In this document: in pieces, positions 52,244-64,000 of the stretch
Layout of the letters: every line of letters begins with the position of its first letter
How positions within the stretch are numbered: position 1 is the stretch's first letter
Assembly: GCA_964016885.1 (NCBI GenBank)
Contig: OZ024757.1
Span: 25,172,001 to 25,236,000 of the forward strand
Length of the DNA: 64,000 bases
DNA from: Eledone cirrhosa
Taxonomy: Eukaryota
Reading direction: 5' to 3'
Program-made: the position numbers and the translations under genes
Notes under the pieces: generated by a model
Told to the model about the DNA's origin: nothing
The model's input: only the letters and a program-made list of their open reading frames with translations
The model's database searches: none

Positions 52244-52847
52244 AGTGGCTGCCAACTCGTTTTCGAGTACGGCCACTACTTTATATCCATGTAGGAGAAC
52301 CCCTACCGATGCGCTGAACGAGTGTGACTTTTTAGTCCAGCCAGCAACTTAAAAACTCTGGTACAAACACTACACTTGTGACAATTACTGACACATAGTG
52401 CTGGGCCCATTGTACCCTGTGATGACAAGTGCAGAGAGATCTCCAGATATAAAGCAATGCCTGTGCCGTGAAGCTTTTATAGTGAGCAAAGGCACTGCAC
52501 AAAGCCAGTCCCACTCTCTTAACCAAGATGATATTTACCAAAAAGAAGAACAAGTCAACATCATTGGATACCATCAGGGTTGCAGGTGCTATATCAGAGT
52601 TTTCCTTCTAGAAATATGCCTTGACAAAGGCTAAGGGGTCATCTCTCCCGGTGATTTTGGATGGCCATTGACACTTAAGAGCTCCTTTGCCCTTTGACAG
52701 GTTTTGTTTTTAGTCCTGCAGGATGTCCAAAGTCACCCTCCTCACCAAGAAACTTTGGTGGGGTTGCCAGTTTAGTCGCCAACGACCCGACCATGAGACA
52801 GGTTGTACTGGGATACATGTTACCAGTAGCACCAACTGGTGACCTGA
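52244..52847 (-). mobile_element. non-coding retroelement resembling an RTE 5'UTR + 3' end (related piece 30410-30710)
   Basis: Complex sequence in (AT)n; shares the gctgcc..ctcgtt.tcgagta.gg terminus with 30412. Confidence 0.45.
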
Positions 52848-52950
52848 CATACATATATATATATACATATATATACATATACATATATATATATACATAT
52901 ATATATATACACATATATATATATACATATATATATACATATATATATAC

Positions 52951-52983
<33 letters not shown>

Positions 52984-53264
52984 CATCATCATCATCATCA
53001 TCATCATCATCAACGTTTAACGTCCGTGTTCCACGCTTGCATGGGTTTGGACGGGGGTTTTCCCACTTGAGGCAAGAGTGATTGTCTTGCTCGCATAGGA
53101 CTGTCTGGCAGGTTTTCTACAGTTGGATGCCCTTCCTAACACCAACCACATTTACAGTGTGGGTCTGGGAGGTTTTTACCGTGTTGCCTACACGGCCACA
53201 TTACAGCGTGGACTGTGTGTTTTTTTGTCGTGACACCTACACGATCTCATTTGTTTCGGCCTGG

Positions 53265-53419
<155 letters not shown>

Positions 53420-53444
53420 CATATATATACATATATATATATAC

Positions 53445-53549
<105 letters not shown>

Positions 53550-53664
53550 TATACATATACATATATATATATATATATATACATATATATACATATACAT
53601 ATATATACATATACATATATATACATATACATATATATACATATATATATACATATATATATAC

Positions 53665-53701
<37 letters not shown>

Positions 53702-53826
53702 CGTACTATATTTCCTTATTTTATTTTTATATATCTCTTGCATTACTTTTATTTATATATTTTTTTTGCCCGTTAAACTTTTGCCTTTCTTGAGGAGACT
53801 TTCCAAATATTTCACTATGTTTTAAA

Positions 53827-53900
53827 TTGCCTTGTCTGACGAACAAATGCGGACGTTTCTTGTATTCGTCTTATTCGGGAAACCTCTGGTAATGAGGTAA
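53827..53900 (+). ncRNA. hammerhead ribozyme motif (long, weak stem II)
   Basis: ttgccttgt CTGACGA ... GAAA cc-tct-gg TA atgaggtaa; 9-bp stem I including GU pairs. Confidence 0.55.
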
Positions 53901-55032
53901 TTATATTGTATTGTTTATTATACATTAAATTTAGCTCTGTAACTTACATAGAGCCCTCTTCACTCCTTTGACTTTTTCAATTTTCAACAGAAACTTCAAT
54001 ACATATATATACATATATATATATATACACATATATACATATATATACACTTATATACATATACATACATTTATATATATATACCTATATATAAACTTAC
54101 CCTTTTAAGAAAACCTACTGTACTAATAGGAAATGTATCATATGTAAGGTAAACCCCGGATAAACTGTAAAACTAGAGACGTAGTCTATAGCATAAGATG
54201 TACAGAGGGTACTTGCAGAAACATGACAACAACAAACATAGGCGAGACAGCTCGTAGCATAGGTGAAAGGATAGACCAACACTGGGGGAACTAAAAGGAC
54301 GAAAAAATGGTTCAGTACTATACGAACATGCCAGACAACAACACAACGGTAACATAGACAACATAGAAATTAGAATAATATCTAAACATAGAAATGCCCC
54401 AGCAGATAGGCAAATCAGAGAGGCCAGTGAAATAGAACTTAGAAGGCCAAGGCTAAACAGAAAAAATGAATGGAATAACAACAACACCCAAACAAACAAC
54501 ACTGATCTAAGAGAAGTATAAATAAATAGATAAATAAATAAATAAATAAATAAATACATACATACACAAGCACAATAACAACAAACACATATAAACACAC
54601 ACTAGTAAAGATAGAATACATTAACCAATACAGTCACCCAATCACGAACACACATCAAACAAAACACTATACACACACGCAAACGCATGCGCAAAGAAGA
54701 CAAAATAAAATAAACAAATAAATAAATATATAAACAGACTAAATAAAGATGGCGTAGAAAATACAATGCAACGGGAGGAAACAATAGCACCACTGACGAT
54801 GTTGCAGATGTGCAACGAAAGAACTTTGATAAACTATATATATGTGTTTGTGTATATATTGTATCTGTATTTTTGACCATTGGTCAGTCAATGGCAACAT
54901 TGAGGACCGAATAAATTAAATTACCGATATAAAAAACACAGAAGCGAAAAGCGAAAACCAACCAAACAGTGAGTGTGTTCCGTTATTAATTCTGGCAATA
55001 TTACACAAATATGACCCTCCCCAAGTATAACA

Positions 55033-55067
<35 letters not shown>

Positions 55068-55175
55068 CATGTGCGCGTATAATTCTTGAAACCAAGTGAT
55101 GCCAGTGAATATATATATATATATACACACACAAAGATATATATAATTATATACATTGAATACAAAAATAATACC

Positions 55176-55206
<31 letters not shown>

Positions 55207-55995
55207 AACATTCTGATAGTTACTTTATTTCAATATATTTTTTTACATTATATTTTGGTTGTCTTTTCATTTTTTTTAAAAATTATTTTATTTTATTTTA
55301 TTTTGGAGGTGGAGGCTGTGGGGGTGATTGGGGGGGGGGGGGGGTGCCTTGAAGTAATTTTGTTGTTCACGAAAGGAAATAGGAAGGAAGAATTGTTCTG
55401 CATGAAGACAACAGTGGGGGGGGGGGGCGAAAGGGAGGAAGAAAGGAGAGGGGTCGGGGAGGTGAGGTGAGAGGGGGGGAATAGAAGAAGAGAGAGAGAG
55501 TGAGAAAGTGAGAGAGAGGAAGAGAGAGAGAAACAGAGAGAGAGAGAGAGAGGAAGAAAGGTAGTATACCTGGTAGAAGGAGGGGGGGGGCTGAATGGAG
55601 GGAAGGTGTGGGGTCGGGGAAGGTGAGTTTGAGAGGGGAATGGAAGGAAGAAGAGAGAGAAAGAGAGGTTAAGAAAGGTAGTACCTGGAGGAGGGAGAGG
55701 GAAAGGAAGGGGAGGAGGGAAGGTGAGAGAGAGGTGGGAGGTGGTGCCTGTAGTAAAAGACCTGATTATAACAAGGAATGGTTAGTGACAATTGTGCCAT
55801 AGTTACTAATGAAGAGTGAAACTAAATAGGGCAAGGTCTCTCTCTCTATCTCCCTCTTTCTCACCTTATTTCTTTCTCACTCTCGCCCCCTTTCACTTTC
55901 TCACCTTTTCTCTCTCTCCCTCTCTCTCCCTTTCTCACCTTATCTCTCTCTCTCTCTCTGTAGAAGAATAGCAGATGTATGAATCATATAGATAT

Positions 55996-56821
55996 ATTTC
56001 TTTATTAGCCACAGGGGCACAAAAGAAGGGGACAAATACAAAGGGGGAAGTTTACATACAATAAAAACGTGTAAAATGTTATCACAGATGGAATTTAAAA
56101 GTTAGTCGATTTTCCCCAATAGAGGGAGACAGTTTATATGGGTAACACATACCCCCGAAAAAAAATGTGCAACCCTCATCTCCAGGAGTACGAAGAGCTT
56201 GTACTCCTTTCCTCTCCTCCTCCTTTTCCTCAACCTACAGGCTGATATAGAGAGAAGGCCCATTCACTCGGGCCATTCTCGCCACTTTCACCCACCTTTC
56301 ATAAAACTTGCTGGGGTACAGCACCTCTCTCTCCATCCTGATTCTTCTTCCAAAGTGGTATTTGAAAAAAAGAATCAGTTGTTGGCCGGAGAGAAAGGTG
56401 TCTGACCTCAGCCCTTTCAACCTTGTCCACCATACAACCTCTTTCGCCATAGCTATCACACAAAGGAAAACCGCCTCTCCTTCGTTTTTGAAGGAGGGTG
56501 GCGGTTTGATCATGACAATGGACTCGGTGGTCAACTGGATTGGTCCCACCCGCGACAATAGTCGTTCTACATAGCCCCACAGGTCAGTGACGCCCGGGCA
56601 GTGTATGAATGCGTGCGCGACGGTTTCTTCGTCTCGCACGCACCTCGGACAGATCTTTTTTGCAGGGTCCCTTCCTGGGCGCCCATGTCTGTAGAGCTTG
56701 TCTCGAACTGGTAGAGCTCCTCGGTAGCACTGCCAGGCCAGGGACTTTTGGAAGTTGTCCATCGGTCCCGGGCGGAAGGTCCTACCGAACAGACTAGCCA
56801 GTTCATCTTCCTCCACGCCTA
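55996..56821 (-). mobile_element. 5'-truncated Tx1/L1-clade LINE with 18-bp TSD
   Basis: ORF 56235-56816 with WQCYRGALPVRDKL and CPRC..ETVAHAFIHC knuckle; gtatgaatcatatagata at 55977 and 56822. Confidence 0.88.
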
Positions 56822-56884
56822 GTATGAATCATATAGATAGATAGATAGACAGATTTATATACATACATACATATATATAGATAG

Positions 56885-57215
56885 ATTTCTTTATTTGCCA
56901 CAAGGGCGCACAAGAAAAGGGGACAATACAAAGACATGTCGGGGATTTTACATACAATCGTGAAAAAAAATATAAAACAAACAATTACAACAATCGAAAT
57001 CCCCAATAGGGAGGAAGCGCCACAAATGGGTTGTTTAATACCCCGTCGATAGAACAACCCTCAACTCCAGGAGTGTGTTGTGCAAGTGCTCCCTTCTTCC
57101 TTTTGCTCTCTTCTTTAACCTACAGGTTTATATACAGAGAAGGCCCAATCACTCGGGCCATTTTTGCCACATTCACCCACCTTTCAGTAAATTTACTGGG
57201 GTGCAGTGCCTCTGT
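56885..57215 (-). mobile_element. Tx1/L1 3' fragment in (GATA)n
   Basis: homologous to 55996-56330. Confidence 0.75.
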
Positions 57216-57283
57216 CTATAGATAGATAGATAGATAGTCAAAGAAAGAGTGATGTGTGTGTATATATATATATTTACACACAC

Positions 57284-57316
<33 letters not shown>

Positions 57317-57951
57317 CTTGAGCATGTGTGTATATATATATGAGTCTGCATGTGTGTGTGTGTGTGTGTGTATATATACGTGTGTGTGTATATATATATA
57401 TGTGTGTGTGTGTGTATATATACATATGTGTGTGTGTGTATATATACATATGTGTGTGTGTGTATATATATATATATATACATGTGTGCGTGTGTGACTG
57501 TGTAAGTTGTAAGTTGTAAAAGGCCTAGGAAAACCTCACCACGGATGGTGAGAGCAAGATATGAGCAATGCAGGGTCATTTAACGTGTCAAATCGCAGAA
57601 GACATCATCATCATCATCACTCTTTAATGTCCATTTTTCCACACTAGCATGGGTTAGACGAGTTGCCCTGTTGTGAGCAATGCCAGGTCAGATGACCATG
57701 TCTTGCTCATACAGGGCAACTATAATAATTGAGTAAATCAAGTAAAGAATCTCTGGAGACAGACAGACGGTCAGATTTTCAGATTTAGGCCTTGTGGGAC
57801 CCAGGGCATTTCAGGTTTGGTGGAGGAGGGCCCCTCATATATAAAAAAAATTAGAATACACAGCCCCCCCCCCCCCCCCCCCAATTTTACATATCAAATT
57901 TAGCTTGGTGCAAGTAATTGAAATTGAAAAGTTATACATACAGGTATTAAA

Positions 57952-58167
57952 TTAACCCTTTAGCATTTAAACCAGCCATATCCGGCCTGAATTCTCTCAC
58001 CACTTTCTGTTCAAACTGGCTGTAACTGGCCACTCATACTGACATTAAGGTATTGTTCTCAAAGTAAATAATGTCAAAGTCTCATAGAGTGAATATTATA
58101 TGAGATAAAGCCTTTACCATGAAAATACAATAGTAAATATAGAGTAATGTAAATGTTAAAGGGTTAA
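57952..58167. mobile_element. piggyBac-type MITE nested in a second MITE
   Basis: TTAA + CCCTTTAGCATTTA TIRs. Confidence 0.85.
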
Positions 58168-58499
58168 AAAAATTTAACCACCCTAAAACTGAAAAGCCCA
58201 GCGGAGGGCACAAATAAATTACTACAGTCATCACTGGTGGGGCCTCACATTGCAGGGGGGCCACGGGGCAATTGCCCTCTTTGCCCACCCATTAAATCTG
58301 GCCCTGATTGAGAGCAAAACAAGTAGGCATTCTAGCAAGTCACCCACTTTTAACAAAGATACTGGCGGGAAGCATTTCCTTTTCCACTCTTTATTTCCTT
58401 TCCATATGAAACTTTAAATAAAACTCAATGAGGGTGATGTAATTTGCTTGAACCATTGTGTAAAACGTAGACATTGTTTTAATAGTAATAAAGGCTTCT

Positions 58500-59726
58500 G
58501 ATATAGGCACAAGGCCAGCAATTTGGGGGGAGGGGAAAGTCGATCAAATTGACCCCAGTGCGTTACTGGTACTTTATTTTATCAACCCCGTAAGGATGAA
58601 AGGCAAAGTTAACCTCAGCGGATTTGAACTCAGAATGTAAAGCGCCATAACTCTATGCTGCAAAGCAGGGTGTCTGACGCTCTACTGATACTGCCAATCC
58701 ACTGCCCTCATATAATACTAAAAATAATAATAATAATAATTGTTTCTACTTTTGGCACAAGGCCAGCAATTACCCAGTGCATTACTGGTACTTTATTTTA
58801 TCGACTCCGTAAGGATGAAAGGCAAAGTTAACCTCAGCGGGATTCGAACTCAGAATGGCAAGGGCCGTAACTATGCGTCAAAGCATGGCGTCCGACCCTC
58901 TACCGATACTGCCAATAGTAATAATGAAATAAAGCACAATAAGTAACTGTAGAATATGTGGAGGTAGGGGAGAAACAATCAACCACATAGTCTCTGGATG
59001 CCCAGCTCTAGCCAAAAAAAGAATATATTTAGAAGCATGATAGAGTTGGGACTTTTATACACTGGAAGTTATGCCAGCATTATGAAATCCCAACAGAAAA
59101 AAGATGGTACAAACACACACCTGAGAAAGTGCCAGAGAATGACAAAGCAACGATTCTCTGAGATATGCAAAAACATACAGAGATAAAGGCCAACTGACCA
59201 GATAATATAGTCAAAGACCACAAAGAAAAGAATGTCTTCTAGTAGATGTATCAATCCCCACAGACGAACAGTATAAACCTCGAGGAAAGGGAGGAAACTC
59301 TTTAAATAGGCCACTTCCTGTAAATGCATGGTTTTATTCCAGACGACAGGGATAATATTGGTTTCTTAATTAGGCACAAGGCCAGTAATTTGGGGGAGAG
59401 GAAAGCCGATTAAATCGACCCCAGTGCGTGACTGGTACTTTATTTTATCGACCACCCGTAAAGATGAAAGGCAAAGTTAACCTTGACAGGATTAAAACTC
59501 AGAAGGTAAAGGGCCATAACTCTATGCTGCAAATCATGGTCTCTAATGCTCTACCGATTCTGCCAATCCACAGCTCTCATATAATATTAAAAATAATAAT
59601 AATAATAATAATTGTTTCTACTTTTGGCACAAGGCCAGCAAATACCCAGTGTATTACTGGTACTTTATTTTATCGACCACCCGTAAGGATGAAAGGCAAA
59701 GTTAACCTCGGCGGGATTTGAACTCA

Positions 59727-59778
<52 letters not shown>
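58500..59778 (-). mobile_element. cluster of four SINE B copies in (AAT)n
   Basis: copies at 58500-58705, 58740-58914, 59360-59570, 59612-59730. Confidence 0.85.
58945..59330 (+). pseudogene. R4/Dong-like non-LTR fragment (CCHC knuckle + restriction-like endonuclease)
   Basis: NCRICGGRGETINHIVSGCPALAK, KHDRVG, HWKLCQHY, IKAN*PDNIVKDHKEK..LLVDVSIP, with frameshifts. Confidence 0.8.
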
Positions 59779-59780
<2 letters not shown>

Positions 59781-59983
59781 TTTCTTAGTTGATAGAAAGA
59801 TTATCAGTTCATGTGAATGATGGTGTCTGGAATAACAGGATCAACAACAATAGAAATAAAAGACATGGTTATTATGGTGGTTGTTGTTGTTAATTAATGG
59901 TGTGGGGGTTGAAAACATGGCAGTGTGTGTGTGAGTGGGGGGTGGGGCAAGTAAGATGGAAAGGAGAACAAAAATATATGTGC

Positions 59984-60034
<51 letters not shown>

Positions 60035-60244
60035 CGTGTGTGTGTATTGATATATATATGTATATATGCATATATATATATGTATGTATATATTGATATA
60101 TATATATATACGTATACATACATATATATATTTATATATATATATATATATAGATATATATGCATATATATATGCATATGAATATATATACATATTCATA
60201 TATATATATGAATATGTATATATATATATGTGTATATATATATG

Positions 60245-60310
<66 letters not shown>

Positions 60311-60649
60311 TATGTATATGTATACATATATATGCACATATATATGTATATATATATATATACATATATATATATACATATATATGCACATGTATATGTA
60401 TACATATATATGCACATATATATGTATATATATATATACATATATATGCACATATATATGTATATATATATATACATATATATGCACATATCTATGTATA
60501 TATATATATACATATATATGCACATATATATGTATATATATGTGCAAATATATGCACATATATATATATAAATGAACAGTAGTGTTAACTACTAGGCCAG
60601 TAACACCACAGACATTTAATTACTGTGTCAAATCTACCATGAAATCTAT

Positions 60650-61005
60650 GACTACTACTACTACTACTACTACTACCAGTACTGCTGCTACTGCTACTAC
60701 TACTGCTACTACTACCAGTACTGCTGCTGCTGCTACTACTACTGCTACTACTACCAGTACTGCTGCTGCTGCTACTACTACCACTACTACTACTGCTAAT
60801 ACTACCATTATTACTACTACTGCTGCTACTACTACTATTACTATTATTACTACTACCACTACTACTACTGCTGCTACTACTACTACTATCACTATTACTA
60901 CTACTGCTACCACTACTACTACTACTGCAGCTGGTACTACTGCTACTACTACTACTACTACTGCAGCTGGTACTACTACTACTACTACTACTGCAGCTAG
61001 TACTA

Positions 61006-61039
<34 letters not shown>

Positions 61040-61040
61040 A
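60650..61040. repeat. (ACT/GCT)n microsatellite
   Basis: direct. Confidence 0.9.
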
Positions 61041-61245
61041 TTTATACACAAACACATTCACTTTCTCACCTTTATATGAGAAAAACAGACACACACATAC
61101 ATACTGATGCATGGACACACACACAAATTCATCATACAAGTACACATGCTCACACACACATATATATACACACACACATATATATATACACACACACACA
61201 TATATATATATATACACACACACACATATATATACACATATATAT

Positions 61246-61280
<35 letters not shown>

Positions 61281-61305
61281 CACACACATATATACAGACA
61301 CACAT

Positions 61306-61346
<41 letters not shown>

Positions 61347-61513
61347 CACACACACATACAGTCAGATTTATAGAAACACATTCACACAGGTGTGTGGGGA
61401 TGCTGACGAAAATAGTATACACCCACGCGTACACATCATACAGTAGACACACACACACATACACAGATACACACACACACACACATACATACACACACAC
61501 ATACATACATACA

Positions 61514-61547
<34 letters not shown>

Positions 61548-61732
61548 AATCTATATTATTCTTGGTGCAATACTTGCTTATATTATACACACATATATAT
61601 ATATATATATATACATACAAATATATATACACACACATGCACACACATATATATACATTTATGTATGCAAAAGGTAAAGAGAAATAACAACACAAACAGT
61701 ACAGTATATGGAAGGAATATATTAGGTTAACG

Positions 61733-61765
<33 letters not shown>

Positions 61766-61951
61766 TGCATATAGAAAGATACACACACACACACACATAT
61801 GTATGTATATATATGTGTATATATAATAATAATTGTTTCTACTTTTGGCTCAAGGCCAGCAATTACCCAGTGTATTACTGGTACTTTATTTTATCGACCC
61901 CGTAAGGATGAAAGGCAAAGTTAACCTCGGCGGGATTTGAACTCATATATA

Positions 61952-61983
<32 letters not shown>

Positions 61984-61989
61984 ATAGTA

Positions 61990-62328
61990 ATACAGAGTAC
62001 CAGACCTCCCATGGGTACAAGCTGAAGCATATAGACAATATGCCCCCACACCCTCCCACAGCAAAGTGGTCGTGGAGGTGCCACGGCAAAAAAGCACCCA
62101 GCCCCCACTGTAAAGTGGACATGTAGGCGCCACGGAAAAAAGCACCCAGTACTCACTGTAAATGAGGTTGGTGTTAGGAAGGGCATCCAGCTGTTGAAAT
62201 GAAGCCAGAATCAGTTCCTATATGAGCAAGGCATGGTCAGCCGACCAGACACTGCCCACAACAGGACAACCCGTCTAACCCATGCTAGCGTGGAAGAACG
62301 GACGTAAAACGGTGATGATGATGATGAT
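61990..62328 (+). mobile_element. RTE-3'UTR-type element (siblings 35245-35542, 38085-38425)
   Basis: cccatgggtacaagctgaagc...ggaagggcatccagc...cccatgctagcgtggaa + (gat)n. Confidence 0.8.
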
Positions 62329-62436
62329 ATATATATATATATATATATATTATAATAATAATTGTTTCTACTTTTGGCACAAGGCCAGCAATTATCCCAG
62401 TGCATTACTGGTACTTTATTTTATCGACCCCCCTCT

Positions 62437-62511
62437 ATTTCATTATATATATTTCGAAAATGCGAGGCTTATGTATAACATAATCTAAAACATGTTCTCA
62501 TCAGACAAAAT
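62437..62511 (-). ncRNA. minimal type-I hammerhead ribozyme motif
   Basis: rc: attttgt CTGATGA gaacatg..ttatgt-tat-acataa..cattttc GAAA TATATA TA atgaaat. Confidence 0.75.
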
Positions 62512-62832
62512 GCATATATATATATATATATACTGTATATATATGTGTGTGTGTGTATGTATATGTATGTATGTATATATATATATCACCTTGATCAACT
62601 TGGCCACGTCGTGCTGTTTTAGCCATAAGATAGCCATCCCACTGGCTGGGCGGGCAGGAGGGTGCTCATTTCTACAGCTGAGTAAACTGGAGCAACGTGA
62701 AATAAAGTGTCGTGCTCAAGGAAACAACACATCACCCGGTCCGAGAATTGAACTCACAACCTTTCGATGCAAGCCCAATGCTCTAACCACTGAGCCATGC
62801 GCCTTCACACACACACATATATATATATATAG

Positions 62833-62945
<113 letters not shown>

Positions 62946-63191
62946 ATATATGTGTTTGGTATGTATATTTAATTTTGATAGTTTGTATAATTTTGTATAA
63001 TTTTGTACATAGATCTGTTGAATATGCATGCCAATTCTAACACATATATGTCCTAGAAACGATCGTTAAATAATGAACTTTTTTTGTTTAATATAAGGAA
63101 CTGTTTCATTGTTTTATTCATTATTTTTTTAATATTTTATATATATATATATATATATATTTTTATATATATATATTTATATATATATATA

Positions 63192-63358
<167 letters not shown>

Positions 63359-63381
63359 TTTTATATATATATATATATAGG

Positions 63382-63468
<87 letters not shown>

Positions 63469-63488
63469 TTTTATATATATATATATAT

Positions 63489-63548
<60 letters not shown>

Positions 63549-63712
63549 ATATATAGGTATATATAGGTATATATATATATATAGGTATATATATATATAT
63601 ATATATATAGGTATATATACCTATATATATAGACTGGCATTGAGAACTGTGTAGAATTAACAGTGACAGCCAGTTGTAGTAACACATCTTAGACAGAGGT
63701 GAAGGTCATTGC

Positions 63713-64000
63713 CATCATCATCATCATCATTATTAACACCACTACCATCATCATTGTCATCATCACAGTCACCACTGTCATCATAATCATCACCACCACC
63801 ACCACTATCACTACTGTCATCACCACCACCACCACCACCACCACCACTATCACTACTGTCATCACCACCACCACCACCACTATCACTACTGTCACCACCA
63901 CCACCACCACCACTATCACTACTGTCATCACCACCACCACCACCACCACCACTATCACTACTGTCATCACCACCACCACCACCACCACCACTATCACTAC
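63713..64000. repeat. (CAC/CAT) minisatellite
   Basis: caccaccactatcactactgtcat units. Confidence 0.9.

Overview
Repeat-saturated, AT-rich eukaryotic DNA. The SINE/LINE families and microsatellite load look like an octopus (coleoid cephalopod) genome; this is inferred from pattern, not a search. Almost all ORFs in the supplied track are microsatellite artefacts. The real content is: (1) a near full-length but disabled RTE LINE (APE + RT with an inserted C4HC3 PHD-like finger), plus 3' fragments of RTE, CR1/L2-like, Tx1/L1, R4/Dong-like and Ingi/Vingi-like LINEs; (2) two tRNA-headed SINE families and RTE-3'UTR elements; (3) TTAA-flanked piggyBac-type MITEs; (4) minisatellite arrays built from LINE coding fragments; (5) candidate exons of a minus-strand host gene. 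The most striking feature is a set of short non-coding elements in (AT)n tracts carrying at least nine minimal type-I hammerhead ribozyme motifs (CUGANGA...GAAA-palindrome-UH). Several sit on both arms of long near-perfect DNA palindromes, consistent with non-autonomous Penelope-like/retrozyme-like elements.
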